Assembly: GCA_963931495.1 (NCBI GenBank)
Contig: OZ007020.1
Coordinates: 780,001-812,000 of the forward strand
Direction of reading: 5' to 3'
DNA length: 32,000 nucleotides
Origin: an uncultured Alphaproteobacteria bacterium
GTDB lineage: Bacteria > Pseudomonadota > Alphaproteobacteria > Rs-D84
Below are positions 22,706 to 31,701 of the stretch, piece after piece. The notes beneath the pieces were generated by a model, which was not told where the DNA came from, did not search any database, and worked only from the letters and a program-made list of their open reading frames with translations. Every line of letters begins with the position of its first letter. Position 1 is the first letter of the stretch. Both the position numbers and the translations under genes were made by a program.

Positions 22706-22734
22706 TTGAATTTTTATTCGTTTTGTACTATAAT
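22706..22734 (+). promoter_or_regulatory. Consensus-like promoter TTGAAT-17-TATAAT for the Imm/SHOCT gene
   Basis: ttgaat ttttattcgttttgtac tataat. Confidence 0.6.
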
Positions 22735-22767
22735 AACGGGGTATAAAGCACAACAAAGGGGGAAAAG

Positions 22768-23091
22768 ATGGCTGAATTTCTGGTTGCATTTTGCATGGCG
22801 TTTATATTTTTATTACTGGCGATTGCGATATTGTCTATCCCGGTTTTAATTGCAAACGCACGTGGTATAACGGGCGGCGAACGAACGGCGATTATCGTAT
22901 TATCTGTATTTGGTATCTTCTTTGGTATAACATGGTTCGTGGCGTTGATATTATCATTGGCACTGCGTGGCGATTGTTGCGTTGCAGGCGACGAACTGGA
23001 CAGATTGGAAAAATTGGCCAAGTTATATAAAGACAAGGTTATAACCAAGGACGAATATGAACGTATGAAATCAAAACTGATACGCGAATAA
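22768..23091 (+). CDS. Membrane protein with a superinfection-immunity-like N-terminal domain and a C-terminal SHOCT motif
   Basis: Two TM helices ('IPVLIANARGITGGERTAIIVLSVFGIFFGITWFVALILSL'). C-terminus 'LEKLAKLYKDKVITKDEYERMKSKLI' fits the SHOCT pattern. SD 'aaaggggga'. Confidence 0.65.
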   Translation: MAEFLVAFCMAFIFLLLAIAILSIPVLIANARGITGGERTAIIVLSVFGIFFGITWFVALILSLALRGDCCVAGDELDRLEKLAKLYKDKVITKDEYERMKSKLIRE

Positions 23092-23096
23092 GTCAA

Positions 23097-23122
23097 CGGC
23101 CCCATCAGGGGCCGTTTTTTTT
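23097..23122 (+). terminator. Intrinsic terminator
   Basis: cggcccc-atca-ggggccg followed by a T-run of about 8. Confidence 0.75.
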
Positions 23123-23309
23123 AACGTGAACGTTTGTGATATAATATATCAATAATTAAATCCGCCAATCCGAAACGGTTTAATAATTTCCGTTCGCGTT
23201 CTTCGGCGGCGCGCAGTTTATCTGCGTCACGTTGGCGTAATTCTTTATCAATATCACGATTTACAATACGTTGGTCGGAACCACACAGGACGATTGGATT
23301 TTTATTCAT
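23121..23309 (-). CDS. Small charged helical protein (62 aa) downstream of virB11
   Basis: SD 'aaagggg' upstream of the ATG. No recognisable motif. Confidence 0.5.
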   Translation of the reverse strand: MNKNPIVLCGSDQRIVNRDIDKELRQRDADKLRAAEERERKLLNRFGLADLIIDILYHKRSR

Positions 23310-23356
23310 ATTCAGTACCCCTTTTGATATATAAATGATAAACGTAACATGTGGTA

Positions 23357-24352
23357 CTATACCACTTCTGTAACCGCGCGCAAGGCCCCATCGCGCGATA
23401 ATTGCACAACGCGAATTTTTTTCTTCATTTCCGCAATCAGGTCGGTACGGTCATAGGCCGGCTGGGTATGCAAAATCCTGTCTGCAAATGCCGCATATGC
23501 GGCATCAGCACTTTCCGCATGAATCGTTGTATAAAAATGGTCGTGCCCTGTCCCCAGCATTTCCCACAAAACCGCCGCATTATCCGTAGATATTTCGCCA
23601 CCAATAATTACGTCTGGGGTCATACGGACAACCAAATCCAGCAAGCGCGCATAATTAAAATCATTTGTTTGTTCTGTGCGCGACAAAACAAAGTGCACAC
23701 GATTTGCCTGGGGTACGCGAATTTCACGCGCGTCTTCAACCGTAATCACACGTGCGTTTTTATCAATCAGTGTCAACATATGATTCAAAAAAGTTGTTTT
23801 CCCGGTTGCGGTCGCACCACTGATTAAAATCGGACTGCCATCATTAATGGCCGACATTAAACGATCGTACGGATCATCTGGACGGGTTGTTTGGCGTGGA
23901 TTCACACGCATTAATTTTTGCCCCCGCTTTAAGTGATACTGTTCAAACGATGTATCTGGTGCACTGGTACCCCGAATATTCAACGCAACGCCCCCCGTAA
24001 TATCACGATCGTCATACTGTACATTTGGGCCGGCAATTGCCGTAAAGCGATGATTACCCGGCAATGTCGCATACACAACCGGCATGCCATGTATTGGATC
24101 AAACGGACGTTCGTATATATTTGCGACCGTATGAATTAAATCAATCAAGTACTGTTTTGTCAGAACATCCGCATTATACGCGACCCACGGCACACGTGCC
24201 CCGTGCAGGCGCAGCCAAACTTCGCCCGCATGATTTATGGCGATTTCTTCAACAAATGACGGGGTATAAAATTCCGCCAATGGCCGCAGCAAAGAATCCA
24301 GTACAACATTTGACATCAGATTAATTTTATCACAAATCGTGACTTGAATCAA
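23357..24352 (-). CDS. virB11: VirB11-family type IV secretion ATPase
   Basis: Walker A 'ISGATATGKTT', Asp box 'RVITVEDAREI', Walker B 'PDVIIGGEIS', His box 'LGTGHDHFYTTIHAESA'. An alternative ATG start lies at 24316. Confidence 0.85.
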   Translation of the reverse strand: MIQVTICDKINLMSNVVLDSLLRPLAEFYTPSFVEEIAINHAGEVWLRLHGARVPWVAYNADVLTKQYLIDLIHTVANIYERPFDPIHGMPVVYATLPGNHRFTAIAGPNVQYDDRDITGGVALNIRGTSAPDTSFEQYHLKRGQKLMRVNPRQTTRPDDPYDRLMSAINDGSPILISGATATGKTTFLNHMLTLIDKNARVITVEDAREIRVPQANRVHFVLSRTEQTNDFNYARLLDLVVRMTPDVIIGGEISTDNAAVLWEMLGTGHDHFYTTIHAESADAAYAAFADRILHTQPAYDRTDLIAEMKKKIRVVQLSRDGALRAVTEVV

Positions 24353-24395
24353 AACGCTTTATTTGATAAAATCAAAAAAAAGAGAGATACAAGCC

Positions 24396-24959
24396 ATGAA
24401 AAAATCTTTGCTGATGATGCTTTGTTCTGTATTTGTTCTGGGCGCGTGCGCCACGGATACAGATACACCGTACAATACAACTGATTTTGCCCAGGGCGGA
24501 ACCGATGCCCCGCTGTACAACGAACGGACCAGTGGATTTATGCAGGCGGACAATCAATATTCCAACATTGATTCATATAAGCCCAAAACAGATTCAGAAA
24601 AGGAAGCCAGTGATAACCGCTGGAACACGGCGCGCATGGAAACCAGATGGCAAGAATATCGTGGCGCAATGGTTCGGGTCCAGATATTATTGGGAAATAC
24701 AGATTTACGTGAAATGCGCCTGCGTTTGATGCAAAATGCAAATGGAATGGATATTGACGGCGATTCGCGCACCATTTTGGCCAAGGTTGCAGATTATGAA
24801 ATGAAACGCGTTTGTGGCCGCAACGCAGACAGCATTGTAATTGTATACGATCGCCCATCGTTTGATGTAATGCGTCCAACACCGTATTTTGATTATCGCA
24901 TAGAAGCCGAAGGCGCAACAATGCGTGAATATGGATTCCGGTGCGTATACAGTAATTAA
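24396..24959 (+). CDS. Lipoprotein of unknown function
   Basis: MKKSLLMMLCSVFVLGAC lipobox. Start moved to the ATG after 'agagag'. Confidence 0.65.
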   Translation: MKKSLLMMLCSVFVLGACATDTDTPYNTTDFAQGGTDAPLYNERTSGFMQADNQYSNIDSYKPKTDSEKEASDNRWNTARMETRWQEYRGAMVRVQILLGNTDLREMRLRLMQNANGMDIDGDSRTILAKVADYEMKRVCGRNADSIVIVYDRPSFDVMRPTPYFDYRIEAEGATMREYGFRCVYSN

Positions 24960-24991
24960 CAAAAAAACTTAAAAAAACAATGGGGGACAAA

Positions 24992-25321
24992 ATGAAAAAA
25001 TTAATGTCTGTATTTGCGTTGTGTGGCGCAATGTTTTTAACCGCATGTGACAGCAATGCTGGGGCGCAAAATGGTGATACGGTTATAATTGATTTTGCCG
25101 GGTACAAGGATGGCGTTGCGTTTGATGGTGGCATGGCAACAAATTATCCACTGGTGTTGGGCAGTGGCCAATTCGTCCCAGGATTTGAAGAACAACTGGT
25201 TGGAATGGAAAAAGGCGAAACACGTGACATCAATATCACGTTCCCGGAAAATTACTATCCGGAATTGGCCGGTGCCGATGTTGTATTTACAGTAACCGTG
25301 AATGACATTGTAAAACAATAA
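24992..25321 (+). CDS. Lipoprotein consisting of an FKBP-type PPIase domain of the trigger-factor type
   Basis: Lipobox 'FLTAC'. 'GDTVIIDFAGYKDGVAFDGGMATNYPLVLGSGQFVPGFEEQLVGMEKGETRDINITFPENYYPELAGADVVFTVTV' closely parallels the trigger-factor PPIase domain. Confidence 0.8.
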   Translation: MKKLMSVFALCGAMFLTACDSNAGAQNGDTVIIDFAGYKDGVAFDGGMATNYPLVLGSGQFVPGFEEQLVGMEKGETRDINITFPENYYPELAGADVVFTVTVNDIVKQ

Positions 25322-25341
25322 ATTGTATTGAAAAATAAAAA

Positions 25342-25377
25342 ACAGGTCGGTTGTAAAAAATAACCGACCTGTTTTTT
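25342..25377 (+). terminator. Intrinsic terminator (11-bp stem)
   Basis: acaggtcggtt-gtaaaaaat-aaccgacctgt followed by a T-run. Confidence 0.75.
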
Positions 25378-25381
25378 ATTG

Positions 25382-25410
25382 TTGACATGAATTATCCAAA
25401 CAGGCACAAT
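25382..25410 (+). promoter_or_regulatory. Promoter TTGACA-17-CACAAT for the Cys-rich protein gene
   Basis: ttgaca tgaattatccaaacagg cacaat. SD 'gtggggga' follows. Confidence 0.45.
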
Positions 25411-25438
25411 AAAAACAATAAATAAGTGGGGGATAAAA

Positions 25439-26044
25439 ATGCTTAAATTATTAACAGCATCCGTGTTTTTGTTTTTATTCACAACAAACGGTTTTGCCGC
25501 AGTGGCAACTGTTTCTGGCAATTGTACCAAGCAAAGCTGCTTTATGGGTGAGCCGCTTGATAATAGTTTACAGTATAATACATATGGGTGCAGGACATCT
25601 AGTGATATCTGTTATTACGGTGGCACCCCCTCAGGCGGAACAGCATCAACAGCGTACAGAGCAACATATTGCACATCATGTAACGATGGATATGAATTAA
25701 AAACGTATACAAGCGCATCACAATCTGCCCGTGGATGCACCGTTACATACGACCTGTGTGTTCCGAAATGTCCATCCGAATGCCCAAACTCCACTTCTTA
25801 CAGTGATGCCGGCAACGGCAAACAGGTAATATGTTCCAAGACCGTTGTTCCATATAAATGCTCGTATCGGTGTGCCAACAATTATTATGGTAACGGCGTA
25901 ACATGTTCCCTGTGTCCAGGTTCGGGGAAAAGCCTGGCTGGGAACAATCGCACCATAACCGGTTGTTATGTTGAAGCAGGATACACAGGCAGCAACACCG
26001 CCGGTAAATATGAATACACCGGACGCTGTTACTATAGCGTATAA
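25439..26044 (+). CDS. Secreted cysteine-rich repeat protein
   Basis: Signal peptide MLKLLTASVFLFLFTTNGFA. Many Cys in CxxC / CP..CP spacings ('CTSCNDGYEL', 'CVPKCPSECP', 'CANNYYGNGVTCSLCP'). Ends 'CYYSV'. Confidence 0.7.
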   Translation: MLKLLTASVFLFLFTTNGFAAVATVSGNCTKQSCFMGEPLDNSLQYNTYGCRTSSDICYYGGTPSGGTASTAYRATYCTSCNDGYELKTYTSASQSARGCTVTYDLCVPKCPSECPNSTSYSDAGNGKQVICSKTVVPYKCSYRCANNYYGNGVTCSLCPGSGKSLAGNNRTITGCYVEAGYTGSNTAGKYEYTGRCYYSV

Positions 26045-26071
26045 AAAAATCCGCAAATGCGGATTTTTTTA
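26043..26071. terminator. Bidirectional intrinsic terminator between the Cys-rich gene and lpxI
   Basis: atccgc-aaat-gcggat flanked by an A-run and a T-run. Confidence 0.75.
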
Positions 26072-26893
26072 TTCATCAATTGCAAGAATAAATATTTTTA
26101 ATTCATTCGCGCGCCGTATCACGGCATCGCGATTCACCACAAAGCATGTTTTGGTATTTACAACAATTCCACGCAACTTGGCCGCGGCAACCGCATTAAC
26201 CGTATCAATACCAATTGCCGGTATATCAATTCGTAAATCTTGGCCTGGTTTGGTCATTTTGGCAAAAACACCGCTGGACTTTTTACGATTGCGCCGCATG
26301 TCAACCACACGTTCCAGCATTTTGGCCGTGCCTTCGGCGGCCTCAACCGCGATAACCTGGTTATCAACAACAACCGATGCGCCAATGTCCGCCGCACCAA
26401 TTGTATGCGATACATCAATCGCACGTTTTATATCCGCCATGTCGCGCGATGACGGACGAGTCCGCGTTTGAACACCCGATGTTTGAAACGTTAATTCTGG
26501 TGCCACATCTTGGGCCGCAACAATGTTAAATCCGCGCCGTTCCAGCGCATTGTTCAATGCAACCGCCATAGAATCATACCCCCGTTGATTTTTTAATATA
26601 CTTAATAATAATCCCAATGACCATAAATCTGGGCGAATGTCAGATAAATTCGGATGCCCCAGTGCACCAACAAATGTGACATTGCGAATACCACGCCGAC
26701 GCGCCGCACGTACCGCCGGCCACACCCCACCCAATCGCACCACAATGTCAGGCGACAACCGGGCGTCATAAAAATTCTTTAACCCAACAACAAATACGTC
26801 CCATCCATTGCGACGCAACGCATCACGCGCCAATAATGGCAAATCCAGCGCGCCGGCAACCAATGCAATCTTTTTATCTGTATTTTTCTTCAT
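26069..26893 (-). CDS. lpxI: UDP-2,3-diacylglucosamine pyrophosphatase LpxI (DUF1009 family)
   Basis: 'IALVAGALDLPLL', 'AVEAAEGTAKMLERV', 'KMTKPGQDLRIDIPAIGIDTVNAVAAAKLRGIVV'. Start taken at the MKKNTDKK Met. Confidence 0.8.
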   Translation of the reverse strand: MKKNTDKKIALVAGALDLPLLARDALRRNGWDVFVVGLKNFYDARLSPDIVVRLGGVWPAVRAARRRGIRNVTFVGALGHPNLSDIRPDLWSLGLLLSILKNQRGYDSMAVALNNALERRGFNIVAAQDVAPELTFQTSGVQTRTRPSSRDMADIKRAIDVSHTIGAADIGASVVVDNQVIAVEAAEGTAKMLERVVDMRRNRKKSSGVFAKMTKPGQDLRIDIPAIGIDTVNAVAAAKLRGIVVNTKTCFVVNRDAVIRRANELKIFILAIDE

Positions 26894-26981
26894 CACGTAA
26901 ATGGTACGCGTAAATGATGCTGGAATCAAGTTTCATTTTATGATAAAATTTTATTAATAGTGATATATAGCGAGCAAAAAC

Positions 26982-27752
26982 ATGAAAAAAATTGGATATC
27001 TGGGGATTTTTGCAGTGGTACTGGCGTCGCCAGCAATGGCGTCGTATTATGCAGATGCGTTCCGCGACGAAATTACCGAAGGATTGGATTTGGTCGGTGC
27101 GCGCGCAAATGCCGATGTTTTGCCAGATGCCGCCCCTGGGGAATTGGGGCTGGATGTGTACCAGACGGCCGATGCCGTCCAAGACGAAGATATACAATTA
27201 TTTATCCCAACATCACTGTATATGCGTGCCGGTGGCGGTATAAATTTGGGATTTGCCACAGACCAGGCGCATATCGCAGACCAGGGATATACCAGTTGGA
27301 ACAGTTGGACAACACAAATCGGAATCGGTTGGAATCTGTCGTCATATGTGCGCACAGAAATTGATTTCCAAGAATCTACGTTCACATTTGATGGACTGGA
27401 CGACACGATGCAGGCGTCATATCAAACAATGGGTGGAATGCTGTATTTTGACTTTGCACGGCGTTATGTCCAAACAGGTGATATTACATATCGGCGCGCG
27501 TTTGTCCCGTTCATGGGGCTGGGGGTGGCGGCCGGATTTTATCAATTTGATGGCACTGGGGGTGCAAACGGTTTTGTTATTGCCGCACCACGGGCCGTGT
27601 TGGGATTCAATGTAATGCTGAACGATTTAATCGGAATTGATATTATGTACCAATATCAAATGATGATTGGCAATGGTTTTGGATGGGATGTTCGCGCGGG
27701 TGGCGTTGATAATATCAGCAATGTTATTGCGTCTTTCCGTGTGAATTTCTGA
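26982..27752 (+). CDS. Outer-membrane beta-barrel protein (OMP_b-brl / Omp25-like)
   Basis: Signal peptide MKKIGYLGIFAVVLASPAMA, alternating-residue beta strands, C-terminal 'ASFRVNF'. Confidence 0.75.
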   Translation: MKKIGYLGIFAVVLASPAMASYYADAFRDEITEGLDLVGARANADVLPDAAPGELGLDVYQTADAVQDEDIQLFIPTSLYMRAGGGINLGFATDQAHIADQGYTSWNSWTTQIGIGWNLSSYVRTEIDFQESTFTFDGLDDTMQASYQTMGGMLYFDFARRYVQTGDITYRRAFVPFMGLGVAAGFYQFDGTGGANGFVIAAPRAVLGFNVMLNDLIGIDIMYQYQMMIGNGFGWDVRAGGVDNISNVIASFRVNF

Positions 27753-27774
27753 TAAAAAAGGGTAAGGGTTAACA

Positions 27775-28422
27775 ATGAAAGCAAAATTTTTGTTTTTTAT
27801 ATTATCACTGGCGCCGATGACGGCAATGGCGGCAATCCCTTATCGTGTGGAACAGGTTAATATGCCGGCACCAGAAGTGCCAACCGGATATGACAGCGAA
27901 GCGTTCGCACGCGTGCGCCGTTTCTATGCCGGGGCATCGTACAACTTTTCAATATGGAATAATGGTAATGACGGCACACTTATTGTGCATGGTCAAAACA
28001 CGTCGTCATTTGATGCCACAATCGGCGTACGACCATATGATATTTTTCGTATAGAGGCAAACTATATCTATGCCAACGGAAAATGGGGCGATTTTTCAAT
28101 GACCGGCAGCACCGTCATGCTGAACGCGTTATTTGATGCCAGAATTGATAATATTTATCGCCTGTTTTATCATCAACGCATGGTGCCGTATGTCGGAATC
28201 GGGGTCGGCGCATCATGGAATGCCGCCGATGGTACAGAAATAGCGGACAAGGTATCCCCGGCGGCGGCCGCAATGGCGGGACTGGGGGTTGAACTGGGCG
28301 AACGATTTACAATTGATTTTGGATACAGATATCTGTATATATTTTCACCAAAATTCAGTGTGATATCTGGATTCGCACCGGCGGCGCATCAATTCCGGGC
28401 GGGAATACGTGTGAATTTCTGA
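27775..28422 (+). CDS. Outer-membrane beta-barrel protein, paralogue of the preceding gene
   Basis: Signal peptide MKAKFLFFILSLAPMTAMA. Shares 'VPYVGIGVGA'/'VPFMGLGVAA' with its neighbour. C-terminal 'AGIRVNF'. Confidence 0.75.
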   Translation: MKAKFLFFILSLAPMTAMAAIPYRVEQVNMPAPEVPTGYDSEAFARVRRFYAGASYNFSIWNNGNDGTLIVHGQNTSSFDATIGVRPYDIFRIEANYIYANGKWGDFSMTGSTVMLNALFDARIDNIYRLFYHQRMVPYVGIGVGASWNAADGTEIADKVSPAAAAMAGLGVELGERFTIDFGYRYLYIFSPKFSVISGFAPAAHQFRAGIRVNF

Positions 28423-28430
28423 ACAATAAT

Positions 28431-29354
28431 ATGAATAAATGTCCGTTCTTTGGTATATGCGGTGGGTGCAAGTATAATTTTATGGCACCAGATTATCATG
28501 CGCAAAAACTGGATGAAATTCGCAATATTCCCATTACGGGGGACCCAATATGGATTCCGGCTTATTCGCGGCGACGGGCCGAATTTGCATTCGCAGATGG
28601 TAAATTTGGATTCTTGATGCATCGGTCAAAAACAATCGTGCCGATTACGCAATGCCCATTATTGGCCCCAGAAATAAATGAAATATTGCCCAGACTGGCG
28701 GATTTGCCGTGGGGCGGCAATGGGACGTGTTTGGTTACATCATGCGATAATGGAATTGATGTTTATGTTGTATCACCTGTACCGTATTTCAGCACCATAT
28801 TCAAAAAATCAGCCGAAAGTATCGGCGCAATTCGCATAATGTGGAACGACAAAGTTGTCGCCCAATCTGGGGACCCAATCGTCAGTTTTGATAATCATCG
28901 TGTTGAATATACATCCGGCGCATTCTTGCAACCAACCCGACAAAGCGAAAAAATCTTGCGCGATATGGTAATAAGCGCGGTTGGTGATTTACGACCCGTC
29001 GCAGATTTGTTTTGCGGTTTGGGGAATTTTACATTCGCGTTAAATGCCGCCGGCTTTGATATTAATGGTATTGGGATAAAACGCGACTTGTTCGCGAATC
29101 CGTTAAATGTTAAATCACTGAATCAATTTGCATGTGTTGTTATGGACCCGCCGCGGGCCGGCGCGATGGCCCAATGCGGTCAAATCGCAAAATCAAATGT
29201 AAAAAAAATTATATACATTTCTTGCAATCCACAAACATGGATGCGTGATGCAAAAATTTTAACCAATGGCGGATATATAAATACAGAAAATATTCCCATT
29301 GACCAATTTGTCGGCAGTTCGCATTGGGAACTGTTTTCCATATTTGAAAAATAA
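28431..29354 (+). CDS. SAM-dependent RNA (uracil-5)-methyltransferase, RlmD/TrmA family, short form with an N-terminal Cys cluster
   Basis: 'CPFFGICGGCKY', 'FLQPT', 'DLFCGLGNFT', 'VVMDPPRAG', 'YISCNPQT'. Confidence 0.8.
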   Translation: MNKCPFFGICGGCKYNFMAPDYHAQKLDEIRNIPITGDPIWIPAYSRRRAEFAFADGKFGFLMHRSKTIVPITQCPLLAPEINEILPRLADLPWGGNGTCLVTSCDNGIDVYVVSPVPYFSTIFKKSAESIGAIRIMWNDKVVAQSGDPIVSFDNHRVEYTSGAFLQPTRQSEKILRDMVISAVGDLRPVADLFCGLGNFTFALNAAGFDINGIGIKRDLFANPLNVKSLNQFACVVMDPPRAGAMAQCGQIAKSNVKKIIYISCNPQTWMRDAKILTNGGYINTENIPIDQFVGSSHWELFSIFEK

Positions 29355-29359
29355 CGTTA

Positions 29360-31567
29360 TTATGAAAAATTCTGGGGATTAACATCAATTTTAACCCGAA
29401 CATTTGCCGGTATACGTGCGCGCCCAATCCAACGCGCAACAATCGGTTGCAACATCGCACGCGCACCACCAGTCACCAAAAAGCGCATGCGATACCAATT
29501 GCGAATCTGATAAATCTGGGCAACAATTGGTCCCATTATTCTTACCCCATCTGCGACCGGGGCCGACGCCGCCAACGATGCACAAAAGTTTTGTAATACG
29601 CTTTCTTTCTGGGATTCAACAATTACCGCAATTAATTGGCCATACGGTGGCATCTTTGCCGCACGACGCGCATCCATATCGGCCGCCATGAATGCATCGC
29701 GATTACCGTTGCATATTGCCGCCAGCACCGGATGCGTCGGCTGATACGTTTGCATCAGTACGCGTCCCGGGGAATCACCACGCCCCGCCCGACCAGCCAC
29801 CTGGAACAATTGCTGGAACGTATGTTCGGCAGCACGAAAATCAGTACCAAATAATCCCATGTCTGCATCAACCACACCAACCAATGTCAGATTGGGAAAA
29901 TGATGTCCCTTGGCCAGAATTTGCGTACCAATGACAATATCTATGTCCCCTGATTCCATTTTATGCACAATGCGTTCCAGTGCCTGGCGCGACACGATTG
30001 TATCACTGGACACCAACGCAGTGCGTGCCGACGGAAAACGCGCAGCAACTTCTTCTTGAATCTTTTCCAGTCCGGCCCCACGTAACGATACCGTGTCACC
30101 ACAGCATGGACATCGTGATGGCATCGGCATCATACGACCGCACATGTGGCACATCAATTTATCCGTCCGCTTATGATATGTCATACCAATACTGCAATCA
30201 GGACACTGGGCAACCCAACCGCATTTCTTGCACTGTACAATTGGGGCAAATCCACGCCGATTGATAAATAACATCACTTGATGTCCGGCGCCCAGCGTCC
30301 GGGTTATTGCATCACACAGAACCGGTGATAAATATCCTGTGCGTGGTGCATCAGAATCATCATCGCCCATCATCGTATACGGCATTGGGCGATGTTCACG
30401 TAAATCAATTGTTTCAATTGTTGGCAACGATGCCCCGCCAAATCGCGATGTTAATTTCAGACGCCGATACTTGCCATCGGCAACATTTTGCAATGTTTCA
30501 GCAGATGGGGTCGCACTGGCCAACACAATCGGAAAGCCAGAAATCTTTGCACGCAGCACCGCCATGTCACGCGCATGATAATTCCCCATGTCTTCTTGTT
30601 TGTACGATGTATCATGTTCTTCGTCCACGACAACCAACCCCAGGTTCTGCCACGGTAAAAACAGCGCACTGCGTGTGCCAACAACCATGCGTATTTCACC
30701 GCGCAGCACCCCACGCCATATTTCCCGTCGTCGTGCCGCGGTTAAATTACTGTGCCATACCACCGGTGGCGCACCAAAACGCGCCGCATATCGTGACATA
30801 AATTGCGCCGTCAGTGCAATTTCAGGCATCATCAATAATACCGAACGTCCCATACTGTATGCACGCCATGCCGCATCAAAATATACCTGGGTCTTGCCAC
30901 TGCCGGTTATGCCATCCAGTAAAAATGCCGAATATCCACCGCGTTCAATTGCCGCACCAATTTCGTTCGCCGCCAACGCCTGTTCAGAATTCAAACGAAC
31001 ATTACCAACGTCATTGTATTGGTAATGTGTAAAGTCTGATTCTTGGGCACGGACGTCACACGGAACCAGAATTCCACGCTGGATCATTGTGCGCACAACC
31101 GCACCACTGACATGCGCGATATTTTGAATATCTGATACAGACATCGCGTCATTTTCGTTTGATGCAAATGCATCGGCCACAGATTGACGCGCGTCCGTCA
31201 TACGAACACCAGTATCAGAAATGTATTTATATAATTGTTCTGTCTTGGGCGGCAAAAACGCATCAGGAACATTCACAATCAATCGTAACACAGCGCCAGG
31301 GGTCATCAATGTCCATTCAGACATTTTTTTTATCCACTGTAAATCATGCACAGATAAATGATATGGAAAAACATCCGTTGTGTTTTTTATCTTGTCATGG
31401 TCCAGGCCACTGTCACCAATACCGTATACGACCCCAATGTATGGCCGCGACATCACCGTTACACGAACGAATGTACCCAATTCTGCCGGCGCAGCCAGGC
31501 GATAATCATATCCTGAATTCACCACATTTGGTATCAAAACTTTAACAATATCGCCCGCGTTAAACAT
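29360..31567 (-). CDS. priA: Primosomal protein N' (replication restart helicase PriA)
   Basis: 'DGITGSGKTQVY', 'VVVDEEHD', Cys-rich Zn region 'CKKCGWVAQCPDCS...CHMCG...CPCCG', 'QVAGRAGR'. Confidence 0.95.
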   Translation of the reverse strand: MFNAGDIVKVLIPNVVNSGYDYRLAAPAELGTFVRVTVMSRPYIGVVYGIGDSGLDHDKIKNTTDVFPYHLSVHDLQWIKKMSEWTLMTPGAVLRLIVNVPDAFLPPKTEQLYKYISDTGVRMTDARQSVADAFASNENDAMSVSDIQNIAHVSGAVVRTMIQRGILVPCDVRAQESDFTHYQYNDVGNVRLNSEQALAANEIGAAIERGGYSAFLLDGITGSGKTQVYFDAAWRAYSMGRSVLLMMPEIALTAQFMSRYAARFGAPPVVWHSNLTAARRREIWRGVLRGEIRMVVGTRSALFLPWQNLGLVVVDEEHDTSYKQEDMGNYHARDMAVLRAKISGFPIVLASATPSAETLQNVADGKYRRLKLTSRFGGASLPTIETIDLREHRPMPYTMMGDDDSDAPRTGYLSPVLCDAITRTLGAGHQVMLFINRRGFAPIVQCKKCGWVAQCPDCSIGMTYHKRTDKLMCHMCGRMMPMPSRCPCCGDTVSLRGAGLEKIQEEVAARFPSARTALVSSDTIVSRQALERIVHKMESGDIDIVIGTQILAKGHHFPNLTLVGVVDADMGLFGTDFRAAEHTFQQLFQVAGRAGRGDSPGRVLMQTYQPTHPVLAAICNGNRDAFMAADMDARRAAKMPPYGQLIAVIVESQKESVLQNFCASLAASAPVADGVRIMGPIVAQIYQIRNWYRMRFLVTGGARAMLQPIVARWIGRARIPANVRVKIDVNPQNFS

Positions 31568-31701
31568 ACATACAAGTTAAACTGTTTCGTCACATTTTTC
31601 AACCGCATTCGCAAAAGATTATTTTTATAATTTGACAAAACATCCGTTTGTATATTATACTGCCAGAGTGTTATTTTTAATCAAACCTGGGAATAAATGA
31701 A

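Noticed and set aside
24538-25134. 198-aa minus-strand ORF
   Set aside because: It is antisense to two plus-strand lipoprotein genes that have signal peptides, lipoboxes and (for the second) a clear FKBP domain.
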